DNA of 33,132 nucleotides from a virus (taxonomy: Duplodnaviria > Caudoviricetes), in IMG/VR virus record IMGVR_UViG_3300012987_000016, positions 1 through 33,132 of that record. One strand, given 5' to 3'. The notes under the pieces were generated by a model. The model saw only the letters and a list, made by a program, of their open reading frames with translations. It had not been told where the DNA came from and searched no databases. A program made the translations under genes and the position numbers. How positions within the stretch are numbered: the stretch's first letter is position 1; each line of letters opens with the position of its first letter. Shown one piece after another: positions 9,123 to 16,221 of this stretch.

Positions 9123-9151
9123 ATGCTATAGGGCTTACCTCTTGGTAGCAA
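9123..9151 (-). promoter_or_regulatory. Sigma70-like promoter TTGCTA-17-TAGCAT
   Basis: Hexamers and 17-nt spacer counted from the sequence; intergenic. Confidence 0.5.
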
Positions 9152-9153
9152 GC

Positions 9154-9297
9154 TTATTTCGACTTCTTCTGAGGCTTTTTGACGCCTTCAGCAGCTAGCT
9201 TCTTGGCAGTCGCTTGCGGGATGCCTGCGCTCTTAGCGATCTTCGGATCATGAGCCGCAGCTCGGAACAGTTTGTTCTGCTTGGCTGTGTAAGGCAT
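9154..9297 (-). CDS. Small Lys/Ala-rich protein (47 aa, MPYTAKQNKLFRAAAHDPK...)
   Basis: Starts 1 nt after the previous stop; strongly basic. Confidence 0.7.
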   Translation of the reverse strand: MPYTAKQNKLFRAAAHDPKIAKSAGIPQATAKKLAAEGVKKPQKKSK

Positions 9298-9298
9298 A

Positions 9299-9505
9299 TC
9301 ATTTGCCTTTTTTGAGGACTTTGTTTGCCTTTGCATCGATTTTCTGCATGGCGGATTTACTCAGGTTGCCAGCATTGTATTGCTGCGAGGCGCGTGCTTT
9401 TGCATTGGCCGCGTGGCTGCGATCAGGGACGGGATAAGACTTACCAGGGCCTGCGAATTCAGATTTAGGAAGCGCTTTACGCGAAGAGGTAGTCAGCTTA
9501 GCCAT
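9299..9505 (-). CDS. Small basic protein, DUF6582-like
   Basis: RKALPKSEFAGPGKSYPVPDRSHAANAKARASQ resembles DUF6582; RBS GGAG. Confidence 0.7.
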   Translation of the reverse strand: MAKLTTSSRKALPKSEFAGPGKSYPVPDRSHAANAKARASQQYNAGNLSKSAMQKIDAKANKVLKKGK

Positions 9506-9516
9506 GATTTCTCCAT

Positions 9517-9545
9517 AAAAAGAACCCGGCAGGGCGCCGGGCTTT
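9517..9545 (-). terminator. Intrinsic terminator directly before the first late gene
   Basis: GCCCGGC-GCCCT-GCCGGGT-TCTTTTT abutting the RBS. Confidence 0.75.
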
Positions 9546-9605
9546 AAGATCGCTGCCAGGGCTGGTATCTGGCTAAGCCTTCAGAGAGAAGATGAATCTG
9601 GAGTT

Positions 9606-9634
9606 AGTGTAGTGCTTGTTGAATGGCAATGCAA
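9606..9634 (-). promoter_or_regulatory. Sigma70-like promoter TTGCAT-17-TACACT (pR'-like position)
   Basis: Good hexamers with a 17-nt spacer, just downstream of the tRNAs. Confidence 0.65.
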
Positions 9635-9639
9635 GAGAG

Positions 9640-9712
9640 CGCGTCATGAGCGATTCGAACGCCCGTTTATCGGACTAGAATTCCGATGCCTCATCCTCTC
9701 GGCCAATGACGC
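9640..9712 (-). tRNA. tRNA-Arg(UCU), no encoded CCA, atypical A32/G38
   Basis: Cloverleaf: acceptor GCGTCAT/ATGACGC, anticodon stem TCGGA/TCCGA with loop ATTCTAG, T arm GGGCG-TTCGAAT-CGCTC; A20 after the D-loop GG fits Arg identity. Confidence 0.82.
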
Positions 9713-9720
9713 ATTGAAAC

Positions 9721-9808
9721 TGGCGGTGAATGCAGGATTCGAACCTGCGCAACCTTTCGATTGGACGGTTTAGCAAACCGCTGCCTTCGGCCTCTCAGCC
9801 AATTCACC
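9721..9808 (-). tRNA. tRNA-Ser(GCU) with long variable arm and encoded CCA
   Basis: GGTGAAT/ATTCACC acceptor, GCGGT-TTGCTAA-ACCGT anticodon arm, variable arm CAATC-GAAA-GGTTG, TTCGAAT loop, 3' GCCA. Confidence 0.93.
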
Positions 9809-9930
9809 ATACGACTGCTGACTCCCTTGTTGGGAAATACTGGCGGAGGCGCCAATTGATTTCAAGAATCAGCATGCGTGTAGCCACTCCTTACGGGAGT
9901 GAATCGCTGGTTGCCCAGAGTTCCAGCGGT
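9809..9930 (-). ncRNA. Structured non-coding segment (three hairpins) 5' of the tRNA pair
   Basis: Stems CGCTGG/CCAGCG, CACTCC/GGAGTG and a long interrupted hairpin TGCTGATTC/GAGTCAGCA enclosing TGGCG/CGCCA. Confidence 0.5.
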
Positions 9931-9947
9931 GAGAGGACTTCAGTCTA

Positions 9948-10223
9948 TCATGATTTCTCTCTTGCGAGCATCATTGCATCAGCCCATTTGTAGCAAAGTT
10001 CTGCATGCCTATGGAAAAGATCTGAATCAAGATCTTGCCACATCCTTTGAAGCTCAAATCGAATGTCCCTAGCAAAGCATGCATCCGCCAAATGTTCAAG
10101 CGTAAGTGGCGCATTCATTGCGAAAGCATCCCGCATAGTCAGCCCTCGATTGCCAGGAAACAGATTTCCATTAGGAAATGCGCTAGGCATCTCGCTTTGC
10201 TTCTTCTCAAGTTCATCAATCAT
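9948..10223 (-). CDS. Conserved phage hypothetical protein
   Basis: GLTMRDAFA...YKWADAMMLAR motif common in proteobacterial phages. Confidence 0.75.
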   Translation of the reverse strand: MIDELEKKQSEMPSAFPNGNLFPGNRGLTMRDAFAMNAPLTLEHLADACFARDIRFELQRMWQDLDSDLFHRHAELCYKWADAMMLAREKS

Positions 10224-10224
10224 G

Positions 10225-10329
10225 CTATAGCCCCAAAAGATCGAAGATGAAATCGGTCACATAAATCCCCGCAATGCCGCCAATAAAAGCTGCACCTAGG
10301 AATATGAGCACATCGCCAATGTCATTCAT
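10225..10329 (-). CDS. Small membrane peptide (34 aa, MNDIGDVLIFLGAAFIGGIAGIYVTDFIFDLLGL); absent from the ORF track
   Basis: Fills the gap exactly, coupled to both neighbours; one hydrophobic segment. Confidence 0.55.
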   Translation of the reverse strand: MNDIGDVLIFLGAAFIGGIAGIYVTDFIFDLLGL

Positions 10330-10693
10330 GTGGCGCCCTCCCGACGAACTTCAGTTGTTCAATGTAGTTAGTAGGAACCGCGACGAGATATCCATTCTCG
10401 ATCCCATGACGGATTGCAGCATCGGCGATTCCACGCCATCCCTTTTCAGTCTCACCACTGGCTGCATGGAAAGCCTTTTTCAGCTGCTGATTGGTCATCT
10501 TGGAAGATGGAAATTTTGCTTCATCAGGCTTGATTCGATATTCCAAAACATCATGCCACTGTCCACTGAATGGCTTCCATCGATCATGCTGAGGGGGGGA
10601 ACTTGTTAGGACAATCCGTGGATCACGCCATTCAATCTCTTTCCCTTCGGCCCAAGCCTTTATGAAATAAGCGTGCTTATGTGGTTTGTTCAT
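10322..10693 (-). CDS. Phage hypothetical protein
   Basis: HKHA-FIKAWAEGKEIE...EYRIKP motif frequent in phage nin-like regions. Confidence 0.75.
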   Translation of the reverse strand: MNKPHKHAYFIKAWAEGKEIEWRDPRIVLTSSPPQHDRWKPFSGQWHDVLEYRIKPDEAKFPSSKMTNQQLKKAFHAASGETEKGWRGIADAAIRHGIENGYLVAVPTNYIEQLKFVGRAPHE

Positions 10694-11121
10694 GCCGCCT
10701 CCCCAAACAATGCTGCAACCAATGGATCACGTTTCTTTCCTTCATTTCGTGCCGGCAGGACTGAAATCCTTCGCTGTTCACCCTTCTCATATTTCCCAAT
10801 AGCGCCAGGTTGATTTGCTGGTCGCCCGATCTTCTTTCCCGTTGCCCTCGATGCCTCTGGCGGATTAATCGGCTTAGGAACATAGAAATCAGTCGCGTCA
10901 GGCAGAATGCTGTAGATCCGCGGCGTTTGATGGTCCATCTGTGTGAATGTCAGTTTTCCGCAGTCGCATAGATGCTTCATGTACTTCCGCGTCTGATTGT
11001 GTTCCATGTGAATTGCTTGAGCTACTTCCTCACATGTCAGATCTTCGCGCCGAAGATGAGCCATGATTGCATTCATCCGCGCATAGCCGATGCCAGCGCC
11101 TTTGTATTTGCCCTGGTTCAT
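10690..11121 (-). CDS. Winged-helix/HTH DNA-binding protein
   Basis: LTCEEVAQAIHMEHNQTRKYMKHLCDCGKL; C-terminal RDPLVAALFG. Confidence 0.7.
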   Translation of the reverse strand: MNQGKYKGAGIGYARMNAIMAHLRREDLTCEEVAQAIHMEHNQTRKYMKHLCDCGKLTFTQMDHQTPRIYSILPDATDFYVPKPINPPEASRATGKKIGRPANQPGAIGKYEKGEQRRISVLPARNEGKKRDPLVAALFGEAA

Positions 11122-11294
11122 TTCTTCTCTCCATTCTGTGCGCGTCGATCAGCCAATGTTCCATAAAGTTCGCATGCCGATGTAATGATCTGCTTCAGCG
11201 CAAAGGCTCCGATAAGTGGCAAGCTGCAAATGAACGTCCAGGCGATAATCTGGTCTGCTTGCATGCCGTTTAGATGGTCAAGGAAGTTTCTCAT
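11118..11294 (-). CDS. Small single-TM protein (58 aa, MRNFLDHLNG...); absent from the ORF track
   Basis: RBS AAGGAG; ATGA coupling to the next gene; hydrophobic IIAWTFICSLPLIGAFAL. Confidence 0.6.
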   Translation of the reverse strand: MRNFLDHLNGMQADQIIAWTFICSLPLIGAFALKQIITSACELYGTLADRRAQNGEKK

Positions 11295-11314
11295 TGGTGT
11301 TCTTCTCCTTCAGG

Positions 11315-11506
11315 TTATTGTGCTTCGATCTTTGGAACTCCCATATCAAGCGCTTGGTATGCAAAAAGGATTTGCACCCAGAGTAAGCTTTTATCGCGGC
11401 GCTCAGCGCGATAAACAATTCGTTTGGCCCATGCTTTGTAATCGCATCCATTCGTGGTCTGAGTTGGATATTTCGCTTCAGCCTCATATTTGAGTTGATA
11501 GCTCAT
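11315..11506 (-). CDS. Hypothetical protein (63 aa)
   Basis: ATGA-coupled; DYKAWAKRI...A-QAL motif seen downstream of phage replication genes. Confidence 0.65.
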   Translation of the reverse strand: MSYQLKYEAEAKYPTQTTNGCDYKAWAKRIVYRAERRDKSLLWVQILFAYQALDMGVPKIEAQ

Positions 11507-12156
11507 TTCACAGCCCTCAAATCAGCAAGCAATGCTTTCACGGCAGCTTTTCCTTGCTCGCTCGGGCCAGCTAGCAATGGGTGATTCTTGACGCCAGCCA
11601 TCTTTACAATCTCTGTCGCGCATTCAGGCTTCCATTCCAACGCCGCGTTAAGGCTTACCTGACCCGTCTGCACGGCCTTGGCGAGCATAGAAACGACTCC
11701 GTGACGGTCTGTGCCGTACGACGGAAAATAACGCGGCTGGCGGCCTTCTAGTTTGGCTCGATCGACTAGGCGCGTATAACAGTCCTTGAACGCCATGCGA
11801 GCTGCTACGCGGTCGCCAGCTTCGATAAGCGGCGTGGCAGCCGCGATAGCTTGTGCAATCTCGTCTGTCAGCATGGCCGATTCATGCTCGGACTTCGGCA
11901 TCAATGCCCAGGCTTCATCCGCACCGAGCCATTGCCCATCGAGCTGAGCGGCGCAAAGCTTTGCGATGTCAGCAAGTTGTGGCTTGAAGTGACTCGACTT
12001 CAGATGCTGAGTTGCAGCAGCCATAACGGCGCCATCAGGGAATGCTCTTAACGCTTCCCACCACATTTCCAGACGGGGACCGACTACTTCGCCCATATCC
12101 GCATATTCGGCTTGTAGGACTGCGATTGCATTGCTGAGTTCTTGCTTTGTCGTCAT
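11503..12156 (-). CDS. Helicase loader/inhibitor-like replication protein (lambda P position)
   Basis: WWEAL...V-AA--HLKSSHFKPQLADI motif; ATGA-coupled to the initiator. Confidence 0.65.
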   Translation of the reverse strand: MTTKQELSNAIAVLQAEYADMGEVVGPRLEMWWEALRAFPDGAVMAAATQHLKSSHFKPQLADIAKLCAAQLDGQWLGADEAWALMPKSEHESAMLTDEIAQAIAAATPLIEAGDRVAARMAFKDCYTRLVDRAKLEGRQPRYFPSYGTDRHGVVSMLAKAVQTGQVSLNAALEWKPECATEIVKMAGVKNHPLLAGPSEQGKAAVKALLADLRAVK

Positions 12157-12947
12157 GGTTGAGCCATCCATTCGTTGAGTGCATCGATCTGTCTTTGCAT
12201 CCGGCTGTCAATGCCTGGGATCACATTAGGCTTGTCAGCATGGGCTATGAACTTGTCCACCCTTGGTCCATCACGGCAGATCAGCTCAATGTCGTTGTAA
12301 AGCGTGCTCCGATCATTCTTACCCATGCTGAATGGATCTTTCCTGCATCCGTCAATCGCCTTGCAGAGTTGTTCTGGCGTATAACCATCCTTTAGCCTGC
12401 CAGCAATCGCTTTCTTGCGCTTAGCATCCAACTGAGCGCGTGGCTTTTCCATAATCTGCTGCCAATAGGCGAAAATCCGAGCGGTCGGGCCGTCAGGCTC
12501 GACAGTGCTTTTGACTTTATCTATTGGTTTATGGTTAGTGGTTAGTGGTTTATGGTTAGGTTGCTCTGTGGTGCTACTTTCGTGCTCTTGTGGTGAACCA
12601 TTCGTGCACGAATCGTGCTCTTTTCGTGCTTTCTTTTTGTTTTCCCTATCGATTGCGATCTGACGATTGATTTCAGCACGACCGCGATAAGAGGCTAGTT
12701 CTTCTTCCACGCGAGCTTGTGAGTAACGTTCGCCATCGAAGACAAAGAACTCATCCAAGATTCCAAGCACAGCCTGTTTCTCGTCTTCAGTGCGCGCTCT
12801 AGCCCAACGAGTCGCTTCTAGCAATGTTGGTGCCAGTTCGCGATCATAGTAAGCATGAAGGATAAGCAGATAGATACCATGCTCAAGCGGCGGCAGGTGG
12901 CCTGTCTTCTTTGCATAATCGCCAACATGGATTTTGAAATAGTACAT
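12153..12947 (-). CDS. Replication initiator, YdaU/DUF1376 family
   Basis: MYYFKIHVGDYAKKTGHL-PLEHGIY-LIL--YYDRE N-terminus, iteron-bearing linker, C-terminal helical domain. Confidence 0.88.
   Translation of the reverse strand: MYYFKIHVGDYAKKTGHLPPLEHGIYLLILHAYYDRELAPTLLEATRWARARTEDEKQAVLGILDEFFVFDGERYSQARVEEELASYRGRAEINRQIAIDRENKKKARKEHDSCTNGSPQEHESSTTEQPNHKPLTTNHKPIDKVKSTVEPDGPTARIFAYWQQIMEKPRAQLDAKRKKAIAGRLKDGYTPEQLCKAIDGCRKDPFSMGKNDRSTLYNDIELICRDGPRVDKFIAHADKPNVIPGIDSRMQRQIDALNEWMAQP
12524..12640. repeat. Putative replication origin inside the initiator gene
   Basis: TCGTGC at 12580, 12602, 12613 and 12624; palindrome ATTCGTGCACGAAT; adjacent TGGTT(T/A) tandem repeats at 12524-12562. 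Confidence 0.7.
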
Positions 12948-12951
12948 AGTT

Positions 12952-13115
12952 CTTTCCAGGCGCGTAGGGTGGGTTCTTGGCAGAACCCTGCGGAAAGGTC
13001 AGGGAGGACTTCTATGTCCCACCCACCCTACGCGCCCCTATCCGTTGCAGTAAATCCAGTCTCGGTCTGCCAAGATTTTCGACTGGTGCTTAGGCATCAG
13101 CGCATTGCGCGCTAA
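12952..13115 (-). ncRNA. Structured cis-regulatory leader of the initiator (potential pseudoknot or kissing loop)
   Basis: Perfect 16-bp inverted repeat 12959-12974/13021-13036, plus a perfect 10-bp complementary pair 12975-12984/13066-13075. Confidence 0.7.
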
Positions 13116-13122
13116 CACGTAA

Positions 13123-13151
13123 ATTATCGCTCTCGTAACTAATTCCCGCAA
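13123..13151 (-). promoter_or_regulatory. Sigma70-like promoter TTGCGG-17-GATAAT
   Basis: 17-nt spacer; directly upstream of the structured leader. Confidence 0.6.
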
Positions 13152-13190
13152 GCATTTACTTGTTAAATCTTACGGAGCGTTGCTTAACGT

Positions 13191-13529
13191 TTACTTGAAA
13201 CCTTCTGAGGCATACCAGCTTCCATCTTTGTCGATGCAGAAGACGCGGATTACTTCACCGCCATCTCGGCCATATCTTTCAGCGAAGCCATTTGTCCCAT
13301 ATAGGAAGGCAAATCCCATGTTGCGAGATGAACATTTCAGCTTCTCAATGGCCACTTCTTCGCGAGACATGAAGGCATGATGGCATCCAGATACGGCCAG
13401 CCATACCCATACCAAAGGAATCCAGCACGAGAACGCGATAGCCCAGCCAATGATGCGCTTAGCCTGGTTGCGGCGATCTTTGGTATAGGGAAGATAGCCG
13501 CGCAGAGTGTTGTAGATTAGCTGCATCAT
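13191..13529 (-). CDS. Single-TM hypothetical protein
   Basis: ATGA-coupled start MMQLIY; hydrophobic IIGWAIAFSCWIPLVWVWLAV. Confidence 0.55.
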   Translation of the reverse strand: MMQLIYNTLRGYLPYTKDRRNQAKRIIGWAIAFSCWIPLVWVWLAVSGCHHAFMSREEVAIEKLKCSSRNMGFAFLYGTNGFAERYGRDGGEVIRVFCIDKDGSWYASEGFK

Positions 13530-13702
13530 GATTTGGCCTTGAATAAGCTGGCAGGTAAGCAAACCTTCGGGCAGCGACACCACGAAGTCAGTGTTCCGAC
13601 TAGAGAATTCGGAGGGATAATCACCTCATTGCAGGTCAGACAAATGTCCAATTTCTGATCAGACTGTTTTGGCAATCGAGCGGTAAATCCTTGGTCAATC
13701 AT
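13526..13702 (-). CDS. Small Cys-rich protein (58 aa, MIDQGF...)
   Basis: ATGA-coupled; CLTC...CRC motif. Confidence 0.5.
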   Translation of the reverse strand: MIDQGFTARLPKQSDQKLDICLTCNEVIIPPNSLVGTLTSWCRCPKVCLPASLFKAKS

Positions 13703-13995
13703 TCTCTTTCTCCTATCAGTTTCTTCACAAGCTCTACAGCTTGATAAATGCTGTTCACAACATGCACTGGCGCTCGCCATTGACTATGCCAATCCACTTG
13801 ATCTGATGTCAGAGCTTGCTTACTTGGTGGCTGAATTCCATCCTTAACTTCGACTAGGAAGTTAAGTCCTTGAATCGCGCACAGAAGGTCAGGACAACCT
13901 TGACCAACAGAATGCAGATGCTGAACGCTGCATCCCATTGAACGCAGCGCTTGGACGATTTCGGGCTGGTTTCTGTCGATCTTTGCGGCTCTCAT
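13699..13995 (-). CDS. VRR-NUC-like PD-(D/E)XK nuclease / junction resolvase
   Basis: MRAAKIDRNQPEIVQALR, GCPDLL, LVEVKD, LT-DQ--W motifs. Confidence 0.85.
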   Translation of the reverse strand: MRAAKIDRNQPEIVQALRSMGCSVQHLHSVGQGCPDLLCAIQGLNFLVEVKDGIQPPSKQALTSDQVDWHSQWRAPVHVVNSIYQAVELVKKLIGERE

Positions 13996-14468
13996 CCGAT
14001 CACCCCAGCTAAGACGCAATCAATAGCGGCATGGTCGCCATGCAAACGACGCTCAGCGTCAAATCGCACATTACAGGCAACCTCAAAATCATCATAGCGA
14101 CCAAGACTATGAGTTTTCTTGTTTGCTGTTATCTGTACACTCCATTTCATGCGTTTATTGTCCCAATAGACACCTCGGACCCCGGTTATATTGTTCTTTC
14201 GAAGACGGGCGTTATAAGAGTTTTGCTGCTGACTGCATACGCGGAGATTGCTTCGACGCAGGTCAAGTTTGACTCCGTTGATATGATCCACGATATCTTT
14301 CGGGCCAGCCTTCAAAATTTCCCTGTGCACATAAGCATCACCGGGCCAATCGTGAGACTGGATGCCAAGATATCCATTGGACCTCATTGTTATAGCTACG
14401 CCAACAAAATGGAGAGCATCCTCCAAGTCCATCTGGTATTCAACTCCAGCTAGCGTCTTAAATTTCAT
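13992..14468 (-). CDS. HNH-AP2 homing endonuclease
   Basis: VDHINGVKLDLRRSNLR, then TGVRGVYW...KWSVQI...LGRY (AP2); start MKFK coupled to the upstream stop. Confidence 0.9.
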   Translation of the reverse strand: MKFKTLAGVEYQMDLEDALHFVGVAITMRSNGYLGIQSHDWPGDAYVHREILKAGPKDIVDHINGVKLDLRRSNLRVCSQQQNSYNARLRKNNITGVRGVYWDNKRMKWSVQITANKKTHSLGRYDDFEVACNVRFDAERRLHGDHAAIDCVLAGVIG

Positions 14469-14836
14469 GCAATAAGTCCCTTCCGTTTCAAAATCGCTTG
14501 GCTGGTAATTCGGGCCAAATCGAAATATGTATCCACTAAGCTTCGCGGCATTTTGCCTGCATAACCACCATCGAGCCACGCATGGCAGGCACTGCATCCA
14601 TAACAACCCTCTTCATCGCGAGCTTTCAGGCCGGCCCCTTTACCATCCCGGCTATGATTCGAATGGCACCAGACCGTAGTTTCAGGATCAAAGTTACAGC
14701 ATGGAAAGCGTAGAGTGCATTCCTGTAGCCGAGCGCTCTTACGGATCGGCGTCATCTTTGGCTTAGATGCCTTCATAGGCTTGCCAGAACGCTTCATAGG
14801 CGCTTTTCTCTGGATAATTGACCTCTTCATCGCCAT
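14465..14836 (-). CDS. YbcO/DUF1364 family zinc-binding putative nuclease
   Basis: RKSAR-QECTLRFP-CNFDPETTVWCH...GCSACHAWLD. Confidence 0.85.
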   Translation of the reverse strand: MAMKRSIIQRKAPMKRSGKPMKASKPKMTPIRKSARLQECTLRFPCCNFDPETTVWCHSNHSRDGKGAGLKARDEEGCYGCSACHAWLDGGYAGKMPRSLVDTYFDLARITSQAILKRKGLIA

Positions 14837-15045
14837 CAGATTTCCTTATCAGACTTCGGGCAAGCCTGAGCCAATCGAGCCAACGTAGTGCGGCCACGCA
14901 GATCCATCAGCGCATAGTTCGCAACAATCGACTGAAGAAGCGGATCATTGAGAATATTCGACATGATCGCGTCATCCAGGCGTCGTTGATTGCTGCGTTC
15001 TTTCCATTGGCCGACTGCCGCCAGAATTTGAGCATCGTGTTTCAT
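14836..15045 (-). CDS. Hypothetical protein (69 aa)
   Basis: Coupled at both ends. Confidence 0.6.
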   Translation of the reverse strand: MKHDAQILAAVGQWKERSNQRRLDDAIMSNILNDPLLQSIVANYALMDLRGRTTLARLAQACPKSDKEI

Positions 15046-15503
15046 TTTGTCACCTCATTTGGGTTAGCGTGAAACTCAACTCCTAGATTGGCTCCGAAGG
15101 CATAGACTTGCTCCAAATACCATGCAAAGCCTTTGACCGTGAGCAGCGTTGTACTTCCGATTAGAACGCGGTCGCCTTTCGGAGTAAATGTCCACTTCTG
15201 ATAGCCCTCACGGCAGTAATCAGGATTGAAGTCTTCAGGCAGAAATTCTCGTTTAAAGAGTTCTGCCCACGCCTCAGCGCTGAACTTCTTCCCGTCAATC
15301 CATGCTTGTTCTGAGATGTCCTTGAGCGGTCCGGCCCACATAAGCGCATTCTGATCTGGCTTGCGTGGCGGCTTGTAATCGCTCACAACGACCTGTAAAG
15401 GTTCATCGGCATCCATTGGAAGATTGCCGATCAAAGCCAATGCACGCTGACGCTGTTCTTCTGCTCGCAGCACGATAATGCGCTTTTCGAATGGTTGCCT
15501 CAT
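15042..15503 (-). CDS. ninB: NinB/Orf family recombination protein
   Basis: R-PDQNALMWA-L-DISEQ...GKKFSAEAW, GSTT-L-VK-FA-YLEQVYAFGA. Confidence 0.88.
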   Translation of the reverse strand: MRQPFEKRIIVLRAEEQRQRALALIGNLPMDADEPLQVVVSDYKPPRKPDQNALMWAGPLKDISEQAWIDGKKFSAEAWAELFKREFLPEDFNPDYCREGYQKWTFTPKGDRVLIGSTTLLTVKGFAWYLEQVYAFGANLGVEFHANPNEVTK

Positions 15504-15712
15504 TTCCGAATCCTCACGTAGACTGGGCGCCGTTCGACCTTTTCAAAGCCAGCATCTTTAAGCATCTTTTCGTTCGGCTCGCGGTCACCGCTGACCACAT
15601 AGGACACGAATGCTTTAGAGCATCCCCAATGCTTGGCTGCTTCTGTCTGGGTCTTGTACTTTCGTGCGATGAATGCTCGCATTTCCTCTTGGATGTCTAC
15701 TGGCTTGCTCAT
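15500..15712 (-). CDS. Cro-like XRE HTH regulator
   Basis: TQTEAAKHWGCSKAFVSYVVSGDREP; first gene of the leftward operon; RBS AAGGAG. Confidence 0.85.
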   Translation of the reverse strand: MSKPVDIQEEMRAFIARKYKTQTEAAKHWGCSKAFVSYVVSGDREPNEKMLKDAGFEKVERRPVYVRIRK

Positions 15713-15736
15713 CTAGTTCTCCTTATCGATGGCTAG

Positions 15737-15770
15737 ATTATTGCCCATATAGATAACTTGTGCAAGTTAT
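15737..15770 (-). promoter_or_regulatory. Leftward promoter TTGCAC-17-AATAAT with palindromic operator over the -35
   Basis: ATAACTTG-TG-CAAGTTAT at 15753-15770 is a perfect 8-bp inverted repeat. Confidence 0.7.
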
Positions 15771-15789
15771 TTTTGTTGACGTAGATCGG

Positions 15790-15818
15790 TTGACACGAAG
15801 ATTTCTTTGGGCTATGAT
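15790..15818 (+). promoter_or_regulatory. Strong rightward early promoter TTGACA-17-TATGAT
   Basis: Consensus -35 and a one-mismatch -10. Confidence 0.85.
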
Positions 15819-15864
15819 TCATCCATCAGCAGCGCATCCTGCGTTGCAACTAACGGAGAAGAAG

Positions 15865-15972
15865 ATGAACAAAAAAATCCCCACGAAACGCAGCATCCCG
15901 GCCAGCATCTGGCTCATCATGCTGATCGTTGCTGGCTCTGTAGCTGGCTGGGCAGTGATGGCATGGGCGTGA
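15865..15972 (+). CDS. Small membrane peptide (35 aa, MNKKIPTKRSIPASIWLIMLIV...)
   Basis: RBS GGAG; first ORF after the early promoter. Confidence 0.6.
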   Translation: MNKKIPTKRSIPASIWLIMLIVAGSVAGWAVMAWA

Positions 15973-16175
15973 TTCAAGAGCGCCAGGATCGCGTAGCCGA
16001 GGAATCAGAAGCGACTTGGTATGAAGCCCTTTGCCTCGCACGCTGGTTCGCATGGAACGAGTATCAAGAACAGTTCGGGCCAGAAGCTCAGATGGCGTTT
16101 TCGCTGACTAATCTGAGGTTCGATCCGAACTCGCATGAAATTTTTTGCGAAGCCGATAGACTTCTGCATGGTTAG
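15963..16175 (+). CDS. Hypothetical early protein (70 aa, MGVIQERQ...)
   Basis: Overlaps the previous stop; acidic/aromatic composition. Confidence 0.55.
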   Translation: MGVIQERQDRVAEESEATWYEALCLARWFAWNEYQEQFGPEAQMAFSLTNLRFDPNSHEIFCEADRLLHG

Positions 16176-16186
16176 CAACAAAGTGC

Positions 16187-16215
16187 TTGCAGTCAAGTTT
16201 GCCGTACTGCATAAT
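16187..16215 (+). promoter_or_regulatory. Sigma70-like promoter TTGCAG-17-CATAAT
   Basis: 17-nt spacer; predicted start near 16222 coincides with the first paired base of the RNA structure. Confidence 0.65.
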
Positions 16216-16221
16216 CTGTCC

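Noticed and set aside
9640-9712. Amber-suppressor (CUA) reading of the first tRNA and possible stop-codon recoding
   Set aside because: The TCGGA/TCCGA stem fixes a 7-nt loop with TCT at 34-36; CTA is one base out of register. Core genes are intact in the standard code.
12524-12640. Tandem repeats as a CRISPR array or DGR variable repeat
   Set aside because: Units are 6-11 nt with no spacers, and there is no cas or reverse transcriptase gene; best explained as origin iterons.
13992-14468. Group I intron or intein around either HNH gene
   Set aside because: Flanking genes are complete and translationally coupled or separate; no split gene or intron core was seen.
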